The position numbers and the translations under genes were made by a program. DNA of 63,127 nt, the filler included, from Phoronis australis (Eukaryota; Animalia; Phoronida), in assembly GCA_002633005.1 (NCBI GenBank). It is 9 parts of 9 records of this genome, joined end to end, with 100 filler letters (N's around TTAATTAATTAA, not from the genome) between each part and the next. Parts side by side here need not be neighbours in the genome. Positions count along the whole stretch, not along the records: positions 47,590 to 52,152 come from NMRA01002551.1; positions 52,253 to 56,169 come from NMRA01002774.1; positions 56,270 to 60,130 come from NMRA01001393.1; positions 60,231 to 63,127 come from NMRA01003338.1; 5 more parts are not named here. One strand, 5' to 3'. Every line of letters begins with the position of its first letter. Positions within the stretch are counted from its first letter, which is position 1. Of the stretch, positions 49,097-60,446 are shown piece by piece. The notes below the pieces were generated by a model. The model had not been told where the DNA came from, searched no databases, and saw only the letters and a list, made by a program, of their open reading frames with translations.

Positions 49097-52000
49097 CTTA
49101 TAGCAATACAAATGTATGTCAGTGCTCTGCGCTTTTGTCCGTTTTTTGCTGAATGACGGGGCCCGTGTTTTGTACAGGCGCCCTAAAGTGTGCTTAATTA
49201 ATTAGACTTGCCTATCTAGCTCTCTATAGCAAAATATTGCTCTGTGATAATCGTCAATCCTAAAAAAATGGAGTAAATTTAAAATTAAATTCGTACAAAG
49301 TTTGCTAAACCGGAAAGCGTGACGATTTAAAATGGAGCTATCAACTGGGTTAAAGACCACCCAGCAAGAACCATACCATCCATTCTGAATTCTAGCTGAA
49401 CCTGGATTTGAGACGCCAATAGTGTAGGACTGGTTGAAACCACAAAAACAGGTTTTGGTATTCTTTTAACTTATTGGTAAATTTGACCTTCGGGGCTCTC
49501 CGGTACGGAGAGCTGATGCTTTTAAAAGAAACGCGTTATTGGTCTAATAAGAGATGACTGCGACTGCTCAACTGGACCTTTGAAATAAAATATTCCCCTG
49601 TCAATCGGTTTGGAGCCAGTTTGAAAACTCTTAAAAGTCTTTTGACTTCGAAAGCGTAATTAATGCGTCAGGGGTTACACGGCGACTTTATGGAAATATC
49701 CAACGCCACGAGATACCTCGTTACCTTGAAGTGCTCGCTTGATTAAAATTGGGGAAAATTAATGAATATCAATAAACTACGTATTCTGAAAACGTTGGGC
49801 AGAAAACATGGGATATTTTGGGAAACTTTAAACGACCAAGGGTCTCTATAACTGTCTTGTCTCTGAACAGGAAGCATAGATACCTAGCTAATTTCAAAGA
49901 CACATTGACTGTGGATCGACGAAAACTTTAAATAAATGTAAGGGGTATGAAAGCCTGTTCTTTGAGGTACATAAGTTACACACCTATTGCTCAACTCATC
50001 TGATTTTCGGAAACTGAACAGTTTGTTAAACCAAGCGTTTGCTGTACAATGGCGATAAATATTATAGCTGCAAAGTAGAGTCTAACACATTTATAATGAG
50101 TTGGGCTACAATACATGCTAAATGAAAGAAAGGAAAGGAAAAAAGGGTGACACCCATGAAAACTCTTTTATACTATAAGTCAGGTCGTAGTGTCAACAAG
50201 TTTACGGGAAGAAATATCGGCCTTGTTAAGAATGCTAGTATTAGGAATAACCTCATTATAAAACAAGAATTTACCCTGTATAGCATTAGGGAAAGATTTT
50301 ATTCCTTGATGTCCCGAAGGCTTATATTGATGTTATGAAACAAGTTTTACAATATTGCCATTAGACTAACATAGTAAATTAAATTCTCATAGCAGCATAT
50401 TGAAATCTTACAGTTAATGGAATAAAATGTACCATACACGCTGCGGAGACACCCTTTGGATTCCATTTCAAGGAATTATCTGATGACACAGTTTCGAACA
50501 TGAAGGATATGCAAATGACGGTGAGTATTACGTGATGAACACAAAATCGGTCAATGTATTTTTTTGAATTTTGATTTAATACACAATTGATATTGAAGAA
50601 TAGGCCACAAATGGATTTTGAACTGGAGAACTTAATTTAATCCTTCGCCTTACGACTTCCTAACTTTTGATAAACATTCACACATTGATATTAGTTGCCA
50701 TACTGAATCATGCCAGATAGGGCCGCCGGAAGGAAATAGGAGCTAGTTATCAATAATAACATATTATTACATTCCTGTATAATTGAATTATGCCTTTGAA
50801 ATTTCAGTTGTTATGTCCCAAACCCAGTTAATTTCAGTGCATCCGTTATCTTTTTGAATTGTTACTGCTAGACTGTTTTATCTTACTCTTGATAATCATA
50901 AACAGTCCGACAAGGCAGTGATGATCAGTGTCGGGACATGACGTCACGTTTCTTATACTTAGAAACATTTGAAATAAATACACGTATATAAATAGTGTTT
51001 GACACTTACCTTTATGGTATTTGATGATTTGATTGTAACAAGGGCCGGAGGCCTAGTTATTGAATAAATAAATATANTCTTTTTGAATTGTTACTGCTAG
51101 ACTGTTTTATCTTACTCTTGATAATCATAAACAGTCCGACAAGGCAGTGATGATCAGTGTCGGGACATGACGTCACGTTTCTTATACTTAGAAACATTTG
51201 AAATAAATACACGTATATAAATAGTGTTTGACACTTACCTTTATGGTATTTGATGATTTGATTGTAACAAGGGCCGGAGGCCTAGTTATTGAATAAATAA
51301 ATATATATATATATATATACTGTTTTATTATGATATGTTTTGTACAGAGTTGTATTATATATTTACTCATATATATGTGTTCGTGATGCCACTTACACTG
51401 GGCGATCTATTATATCAACTACCATCCGATGAAAGACACTTGTGTAGACACTACGAAAGTTTGTTGTACAAACTAATTAAAGCAAAGAACAGCTTACTTT
51501 TCAATGCAACATGTATAAAAGAAGGTCTGCTACCCAAATATATATATATATATATATGTATATGTATATATATATATAGAGAGAGAGAGAATTACAAATG
51601 CATAAATATAGAATTACAAATATATAAATATAGAATAACAAAAAAATCGATGTAGAATTACAAATCCCCCTCAAATCCTTCGACACCATTCAAATGTTCA
51701 ATCACACGTCTGTTGTATGTACTGGTATAAGGGGTTAACCAAATGAAGTTATTGGTTTTACAAACGCCTCATGAGTATTTGGTTCTGAATTTTGTATAAT
51801 CGCCGTATTTAGTTTTCTGGGTTGTAGCAATTTTATAAGCTTCATCTGACTAAATCAATGAAAGATCTATTTTGCACAGATTTTATGTATGTGGGTGTGC
51901 GCGCGTGTGTGTGTGCGCCCTGTGCGTGTATGTGCGTGTACGTGCGTGCGTTTGTGTTTGTGTAGGTATGTGTGCGCGCGCGGGTATGTGTGTGCGTGTG

Positions 52001-52150
52001 ATGTTTTGCCAATGAGCCTTGAGTAGTGGGAAATGTATATAAGTGCAGCACAGCCTTTTCAATTTGTCATTACTTCAGTGACTATAGACTTACAGATCAG
52101 ATATTACACGTTTAGGAACCGAGAGAAGTTTTCGAAGAGTTGAGACGGGA
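49097..52150 (+). pseudogene. Decayed TLR paralogue R6 (signal/LRRNT to TIR box 1), interrupted by a Penelope-like and microsatellite insertion
   Basis: NLDL/AN vs RLNLSAN; YP/NAT..L/YLEVL vs YPNRT..LGNLEVL; MKACSL vs LKNCSF; TPMKTLL vs SPLKRLL; NPVNFSASVIFLN (50821) vs NPYNCSRCEILVFLH; YKCSTAFSICHYFSD...ILHV*EPREVF (52038) vs YTYDAFVCHSSED...IHRAVEGDEGF. Confidence 0.65.
51386..51541 (+). mobile_element. Penelope-like element ORF N-terminus ending in (TA)n
   Basis: MPLTLGDLLYQLP..ER...R.YE..LYK...AKNSLLFNATCIKEGLLPKY runs into a TA microsatellite, as recalled for TA-associated invertebrate PLE tails. Confidence 0.6.
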
Positions 52151-52619
52151 AGNNNNNNNNNNNNNNNNNNNNNNNNNNNNNNNNNNNNNNNNNNNNTTAA
52201 TTAATTAANNNNNNNNNNNNNNNNNNNNNNNNNNNNNNNNNNNNNNNNNNNNCGCAGCAGTGGTGACCTACTTAGCTCAGTGCACAGGGAAAGTTGTCTG
52301 AATAGAGGCTTAGCAGGATAAGGGTTAAATCTCCACAAATTACAAAGTAACAGGTTGAACATGCCTTCCAGATCAGCAAAAGTCGCCATGTTGTCGGTGC
52401 CGCCAGAAATGAGACGAAGTCCAACGGGAATTGTGAGCACATTTATCACTTAATGATTTACAACTGCGAGGCTAAAATTTGGTGAACACTGTTGTCATGC
52501 AGAATAGTAAGTGAAGATATGTCTCACTAAATTTCACCGTAAATTGTTAGCGAAAACAATTTACACAAAGTTTTAAACTCGTAACTTATACCGCTGTCCT
52601 CCAATATGGCCGACGCGAT

Positions 52620-54143
52620 CCAAACAAAGTGACCCAAATTTCGCCACAAAAATAACAAGTACCACCTTTCACTGAGGAGGAAGTAGAACGTACCCTCAGA
52701 AAGATGAAGAAAAGCACCAGGAAATGATGATATTACAAGCGATATAATTTCGGCAGGAGGACAAGAAACAATCAAATACTTGACAAAAGCATTCAGTGTA
52801 ATTCTAAGGACCCAAAACATCCCAGAATGCTGGAAAGAAGCAAAAATAATAATATTACCGGTATTTAAAAAAGGAGACCGAAGTGATATAAAGAACTATA
52901 GACCCATAAGCTTATTGGCCCATACATACAAACTATTCACAAGGCTACTACAAAATAGAATGGAGAAACAATTAGATGAAAATCAACCCCGAGAACAAGC
53001 AGGGTTTAGAAAGAGCTACTCACCAACAGACCATCTGCAAGCCCTTGGACAAACAATTGAAAAATGTAACGAATTTAACCTGACACTGTGTGTTGGTTTC
53101 ATAGACTATGAAAAAGCTTTTGATTCAATTGAACATTTTGCCATCATTGGAGCCCTAAAAAACATCAACATACATGAAACATATGTAAAACTGCTGCAAA
53201 ATATAACACCACGTCTCTGAAAGATTCAACATAGAGAGAGGAGTTCGACAGGGAGACCCAATTTCACCTAAACTGTTTACACTGACAATGGAAGAGATCT
53301 TCAAATCTTCAGACCTTCAAAGGGGAGTGGACTTAGACGAAGAACATCTAACAGACCTAAGATTTGCAGATGATGTTGTTTTGTGCACAGAAGACATAAC
53401 ACAATTAGAAACAAATTTAAATATACTGAATGAAGAAAGCAACAATGTGGGATAAAAAAAACAAGGACAAGACAAAGTACATGACAAATTTTGAAACAGA
53501 TGAACAAGTAATGGTGGAGAACAAGATCATTGAAAAAGTCACACAATATAAATACCTGGGACAAACTATACAAATGGGGAACCGTATGACCAATGAAATA
53601 CAAATCTGAATAAGAGCTGGATGGAGTTGCTTTGGAAAAAACAGAGAAATATTCCAAGATAAGAACATACCCATATCCCTGAAAAGAAAAGTATTTGAAC
53701 AGTGCATCATCCCCACAATCACCTATGGATGCCAAACATGGACCTTAACAAAACAGACAATGCCAAGCTAAGAACAACACAGAGAGCAATGGAGACAAAA
53801 ATGCTTGGAATAAAATTACTAGACAGGATTCCACACACAGAGATAAGAGAACAAACAAGAGTCATGGACATAATCAAGACAATTCTGAAATTGAAATGGA
53901 GGTGGGGCGGACACGTGGCCAGAGCACAGGACAACAGATGGACAAAAAGTTGCACAGAGAGGGCAACCCAGATATGGAAAGAGATCAAGAGGACGGCCCC
54001 AAGCCAGATGGAGAGATGACATCATGAAAACGATAGGCACAATATGGATGAGAGCAGCAAGAGACAGAACAAGTTGGAAGGCATTGTTGGAGGGCTACAT
54101 CCTGCAGTGGATGGACAACGCCTAGAAGAGAAGAGAAGAAGAA
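52620..54143 (+). mobile_element. 5'-truncated, frameshifted RTE-clade LINE with (AAGAG/AAG)n tail
   Basis: KKGDRSDIKNYRPISLL, EQAGFRK, FIDYEKAFDS, GVRQGDPISPKLF, LRFADD, YKYLGQ, TYGCQTW and KWRWGGHVAR. Confidence 0.92.
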
Positions 54144-54652
54144 TGCACTAACGTTCCCATGATAGCAAAGAACTTTTTCAAAACAAGAAAAAAATCAAAA
54201 CGGAAAAAATTGGTTCGACTCATATTGGTTGTTAGATTCGACCGCCCTACGTAAGGAACTAAACACCAATGCCATTTCAACATAATAAGTACGCGTAACA
54301 TTCCAATAAAATTTAACGACCACTAATATACACTACACACACAAACAAATCACGAGATATTACTAATAAAACAAAGTAATGAAGACTTTTCAAGCAAGCG
54401 ATAGCACATTCAGTTACAAGGAAAAAATGGAGGCGTTCAGGACAAGTTCCTGAACTGATGAGCCGGTCGGAAATGTGGGTACGGAAATAACCGATGACAG
54501 CCGGTAATTATACGCTCACAAGGGTCAAATACTGTTAAAAAATAGCTTTTGGCAAGAAAGGCGAAAAGAATATAAATAAAGGGTGTCGAAAATAAGATTT
54601 TATGTAGTAAGTATTTTCGGATACTGGAACCACATGGGAAGTTTGAGACCAG

Positions 54653-55103
54653 GGCCCGGTCTCCAATCTTTTTAATCGAAATGGAACTCGAAATTAGATT
54701 TGGCAGGCTACTCTACTTTTGGGCGAAATCAAGATAAGTGTGTATTATTCTATGCTCGATTACACAATAACTTACGTAGATAATTTATTGCCCTTAGTTC
54801 ACAGTTTGTAAACCCAATATTAACGCAATAAGTTCGAGTTTGAACTCGAAATTTCGAGTTTTTACTCAAGTTTGTAGCACGAATATAAGGGTCTTCAAGG
54901 GCAAACTTGAACTAGAAACTCCTATGCATAAACTATAATGTATTCGAGCACAGTCTGATAACCAATTATCTTAAGTTCGCACAAAAGGAGCAGAGAAATT
55001 GGCAAAAATAGTTCCGAGTTCGTTTCGNTCGCACAAAAGGAGCAGAGAAATTGGCAAAAATAGTTTCGAGTTCGTTTCGAGTACAAAGATTAGAGACCGG
55101 GCC
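54653..55103. mobile_element. PIF/Harbinger-type MITE
   Basis: TIR of about 40 bp starting GGCCCGGTCTC, with a 3-bp CAG duplication on both sides. Confidence 0.8.
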
Positions 55104-57399
55104 CAGGACTTTAATGCGTGTCTTGTAAGCGCATTATCCAGATTTAACTGAGGTGCCTTACCTCTCTGATTATCAACAAGTTACAGAATCCATCCACATC
55201 CACTTGTCTCGTATAATGCATCACTGCACACAAACCCATATATTTTATGGGGTATCTGATGATGAAATCTTCTGAAATTCGTAATCATAATTAAAAATAC
55301 ACGATTCGTGAACCATTCGGTACACAATACCATTACACCTTAATTTCTGAAACGGCACGCGTACATGCCCATAAAAACGGCGGCATTTTTCTCTAATAAC
55401 AGTGGGTACTAAGACTTCAGTATCTGAATTAACTTACTATGTTCCTGTCCCTGTGCTGTAAGGCTGTAGATACATATAGTCTGTCACATGGCAACGTGTC
55501 ACACCGGCACAGGATATTCCCAGTGTTATACCGGAAGTAAATGTACGTCATTGCTATTTGTGCTACAAAAAAGGTGACGCTGGGAAAACTGGGAAATCCC
55601 CTTTCCCACCACTTCCCGATTTGCCATTACTCCTCAATCTTCTTCAAAGTTATTCGACCGTTTTCAACAACATCTTTGAAATGACATTATAAAGTATTTG
55701 CACCGTAGTCTACAGAACACAAATTATTAATGTGCAAACAAGAATGCACACTCTAACACCAAATTTAGCTGTTTACAAAGGATTGACTTACAGTAAAGTT
55801 CGTTGCAGCGGCTGCCAGAGGAGTTGACCAATCAATGAATATATTGCCTCGTTCGATTACTGGCTCCGTGCCATGACCTATTGCAAGCTCCGCTCCTATG
55901 CAAAGTCACGTGATACCCGACATACCAACAACAAGATGTCAGGGGCTTTCCACACGAACCAGGTCGTCTGGTCGTATTGTTGGCGAGTTGAAGATATATT
56001 CGACAGTTGTGGCTCATAGCATTTTGCTGTCATATGCAATTAGTCACAACTGGTTTAATTTGTTGATCAAGAGTAGGCCTTAGTAGCTTCAAGCATAGCC
56101 TAGATCCCGGTGAGGTAGGCACCAGGGGCGGATCTACGTTTTCAGTAAGGGGGGTTTAGGATTCCCGCANNNNNNNNNNNNNNNNNNNNNNNNNNNNNNN
56201 NNNNNNNNNNNNNTTAATTAATTAANNNNNNNNNNNNNNNNNNNNNNNNNNNNNNNNNNNNNNNNNNNNCATGTATCGGTGACGTTAAAATCTGGGCTAG
56301 TTACATGTACACGTAGGCCCCTATCAGTTGGTCGTTCACGTTGTTCCAAAAATAAACACTTTCTGTCAACAACATATTGACAAATTATGTAAAATAAAAC
56401 AATTGTGAACGGGAAGATGTGAATACGTGGTGAAGAGGTATTGTCTCTACGCGTCATATGTGCGTGAATCTTTGGTAAAGCGATTGCGATGGCAAAAAAT
56501 GATAGAAAATACATCAAAGTGCACTTTTGAGAAGCAAAGCGTCTGGTGATATTTATAGCGTATGATCTGGCCACCTCAGGTAGTAAGTGACGCTGAATGA
56601 GAAGTGGCAACTACATGTTTGGCTTGTAACGCCACCCCTGCCCGAGTTTTGCCAATTCTAATCAGTCACAACTCGAGATTTGGTTCCTTTTCATTCCTAA
56701 AATCACAAAATAATTCTGTGCTCAGCTGTAAAAAAAATACAATTTTTGAAATGGTGCTCAGTGTTAAAAAAGTTTCCATTATGAGAACGCTTTATCAGAA
56801 ATGTCAAGCACACGCAGCGTTGTAAGACAGAGACGTTGGCGTTTCCGTATGTCCACAAAAGTGCTTTGAGCAGTGTTTACAAATTTGTTCATTTCGCTTT
56901 TCTACACTGACGACTATGGTCAAAACGGTGTTTTAAAAAAGTACACTTTTACAGCATTTTCAAAAAAATATTTTGGTTGGTGAATTCACCGAGTCGGTGC
57001 CACGGGCAGAAAACGTATCTGCGTAAAGAAAGAGTTGCGTTTTCAAAACATTCAGAGCATGAGCTCAAGGACTACCTAGAAAAGAAAAGAAAACCGAATA
57101 CCAAACAGAAACTTGTCCGTTGATCATATTACTCTTGGAAAACTGTTACCCCGAGGAAATGTGCAAAATACGAACGTCATTTACGGAAGGTTGTACCAGA
57201 AGTGATTCGTTGCCGGCAGTGGAGCCGCCACGGGATAGTAAAAACACTGTGATGTGCAATAGTTAGCTGAATGGAAAGCTGAAGCGGAAAAATTCAGAAC
57301 ACACATTTTCTATTCAGGAATTGAAATCTCTGTAGAATCAAAAACAATTGACAACCAGGATTTATTGCGTCAGAAAACTTATCACGCCAGGAGAGAATT

Positions 57400-58700
57400 C
57401 TTTTCATGCCCGGAGACTACGTGGTCACCCATTATGCAATGATGGCAATCCAGTGTGTATCTATACATTGGCATCTATTGTAAAACGTGGATTAGACGAA
57501 AGAAATTCAACTGCATTTCCAAGATAATATGTCTTGTCGGCAAGAGGTTGAACATTTAGCCCTTGTTTATACGTATAGTACGAACATTATCACTTTGAAG
57601 GATCAATGCTTGGGGATGGTGACGGGGTGTTCTGGCGTGTAAAGTTACTGACGTGGTAAGTTTTTGAACGTGGCTTATTAAATTTTCAGTTCGGTCGTAT
57701 TTTATTTTGATCCTGAAGTGAAGAATTTTTGGTCCTCACTTGATACATTATAGGTGCTGATGTGATAAATTTCAGTCTTGACGTGGTGAATTTTAGTCTT
57801 TATTTGTTTTTTTTTTGGTCTTCTGTGTGAAAACAATCTCAATGTATTGGATTGTTTTAATTCCTGCTTAAGTAAAATTTCTGGTTTTGAGATATTTATC
57901 TTTGGTCCTGGAGAGTTAACATGTTTTGCTTGGTTTTAATCTTGTATAGAAAATATATGTTGTTAAATGTTGCAAATTAGGCCTCCCATAAATGTGAGAG
58001 AGCAAGTTGTGTAGCAGCGTTCTGTGTAACTTCTTATATAAATCTAGGTGTTCGTGATTTAGTAATACTATGAAAAATGAGTAGTTATGACTATGAAAAA
58101 TGAGTAGTTGTGGATTCTTTTGAAATACTGTATCCTTTGTATATGCCTGGTGTAGATGGCTCAGTGTGATATTATGTAAGCCTTATTATCCTCTATGGCT
58201 TAACAACTATATATCTTCATTCATGCCTAGAGGTACTCCCAGGATCATCAAGCATGTATGTGTACTGTATGTTTTTAGTCTAATGAGGCGTGCTTCGAAT
58301 GTACAATTAGTAATCATACTTTTACAGTGGTTCATATCAAACGGATTCATTAAATCCAGTAAATATTTTTGCAATTGCCGATCTGCATATTAGACATGTA
58401 TATTGCATCATACCTGATCAGAGTAAATAGTAGAAACATTTATTTTTATCATTGCCACAAGACGTTAACAAACGCAGTCAGTTTCTGTAACTGTTGTGTC
58501 TACATTGCTGGTGAATTAAAGTCGGTCTAATTCCATTTTTATATCACTGATTCATGCTAAAGGTTTGAAATTGCGCCCCCTTAAGAGTTTTGACTTGCCC
58601 TGGTGATCACTAGAATCCGAAGCAATAAAATTATAGAAGTTGTTTTTCAACCAGGGTAATAGAGCTGAAAATTTTGTGCGTTTTCGTTTGCGAGAGTGTT
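57400..58700 (+). pseudogene. Possible further decayed LRR/TLR 5' part (R8)
   Basis: YC/KRGL (LRRNT-like), EVEHLAL....NIITLKDQ, LWLNNYISS, ISNHTFT and ILDM. These are generic LRR-like motifs only. Confidence 0.3.
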
Positions 58701-60230
58701 CTTTTTGAATCACTGGGTTAATAATTTTTACGCTCTACATGAAAACACAGACAAGTTTTTTAGGATTACCCGTACCAGGTTACCCCGAAAATATTATTTT
58801 CAAAGTTTTACCCCCTGGAGTATACGCGAAACGCCAATAATTGTGTTCTTACGCCAAAGGGCTCGGAAGGCCGGTCGTCGACCAATTTCCGACCGGTCGG
58901 CCAAAAATTCGTGATGTGTGCCAGCACACATCACGTCGACCGGTCGTCTAGCCGACCAGCAGCCGAACAACAACGGTCCGCTAGGAGCCGTCTGCTTAGT
59001 CGCCTCTGTGGTCGGCACTTGGGTCGGCTAATTCTTCGCCTAGCGTAGACGACCAATTCGGATTAAGCGTGTCCTTGGTCGGCAATTACCATTTTATGAC
59101 TTAGCGGGTGAACTTTGGACAAACAAACATTTAACCGTTCGCTGTTCGTTTACCAGTGGCAACTCCGGTCTTGACATCGGTTTATCAAATTTTGTTCAAC
59201 TATTAAATGGGGGTAAAATCGAATCAACCTACAAATACGAAGTGTGTGGCCTTACACAAGCCGAAAACCTTATGTTGAATTAATGACGGCGTGGTAAAAT
59301 CAAACGTTAAGTGATATAGCTGAAAAATAATTTCTAACTTTAGATATCAGACTTTTTATGCAGTGCATTATGCATAAAAACAAGCACGAAATTTGAAATT
59401 TACAGCAAAATTGCATAAAAATCAGAATACAACATTGGATATTTTACGACCTCAAATGTTTTCATGCCGCGGATTGCTCAACAAGCAGCACGCATTTGCG
59501 CTCATCCGTTATTGCTCTTGATCATCACTTCATCACGCTGTACATTGCGCTTTACCACAGATAGTTATTGTAATGTTTATTTCTGTATAATTTCTTAATA
59601 TGTTTTTTTTACAGCAATCTGATAGAACCCAAATTTATTTTAGGAACAATATAAACAATGGTTTGAACATAGCGCCGATATTTAATCATGGGCGCATGAA
59701 AACGGAAGACTGTGATCGGTTTTAGTGTAATCCATCATCTATCATCATTCTGAAATTGTTGTCACTTTCGCAGCAAAAATTTTTTCGAAGCTAGAGCCTT
59801 CCTATCTAGCCAGCTAGCTGTGAAGACTATTTTCAAAATACAGCAAGGTGCCACTGCGTATTGAACTCAAACAGACCTCGAAATTTCACACAGCCCGAAT
59901 AGTTACAGGTACGCTTGGCACCTCGTCGAAAAGCTTGTATCGACATGAGCTCAAGACCGGCGAGTTTGCATGCAAACTCTGGAAGCCAATTGGCATTCAA
60001 GTAGCCCGTTACGGCCGTTTAAACGAAAAACATCCGACGTCATCTTCTTGCGTAATTCTCTGCCTTTTGTAACGAAAAAACGTATGTCGTCGTTTTGAAA
60101 AGAGTTCATTCGTGACACGCGCCACTTTCANNNNNNNNNNNNNNNNNNNNNNNNNNNNNNNNNNNNNNNNNNNNTTAATTAATTAANNNNNNNNNNNNNN
60201 NNNNNNNNNNNNNNNNNNNNNNNNNNNNNN

Positions 60231-60446
60231 GTAGTCGGATCCGTCCGAAAGATCGCTCATGCCGTCCCATCCACAGAAGGAACACATGTGCAAAATTTCT
60301 TGAACATACGTTAAAGCATTTTGGAGATAGAGCAACAGACGCCGGATGCCGGACGGACAGATGCCGGACGGACCGACGCCGGATGGACGGATGGACCGAG
60401 ATGACGGCATAATGCGTCCACCTATAAATATGTGGGTGCATAAAAA
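60231..60446 (+). mobile_element. 3' end of a Helentron-associated non-autonomous element (HINE/DINE-1-like)
   Basis: (GGAC/GGAT)n-like microsatellite followed by the hairpin GCGTCCAC..GTGGGTGC and terminal ATAAAAA. Confidence 0.65.

Larger units (their letters stand above)
52326..57280 (+). pseudogene. Decayed TLR paralogue R7, split by the RTE LINE, MITEs and a gap
   Basis: EMRRSPTGI vs EMEKLTGL; NIPIKFND vs LPIENLSFND; NKLQ../VSYN vs NKLKILDVSWN; KNGGIF vs KYGAIF; LQRIDLQ*SSLQRLP (LRR); LIILLLEN..PEEM (57120) vs LVILILENLPDDV. Confidence 0.6.

Noticed and set aside
50849-51305. 229-bp exact tandem duplication, and a similar 51-bp one around 55028
   Set aside because: The copies are near identical and separated by a single n, typical of unmerged contig overlaps.
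42700-55280. Other CTGATGA hammerhead candidates (42705, 54455, 55256)
   Set aside because: They lack a properly paired stem I/II or a correctly placed GAAA.
13849-60230. Recurrent TTAATTAATTAA motif between N runs, and ORFs spanning Ns
   Set aside because: This is an artificial scaffolding linker with stops in all six frames. ORFs through Ns (e.g. 15172-16245) are artefacts.
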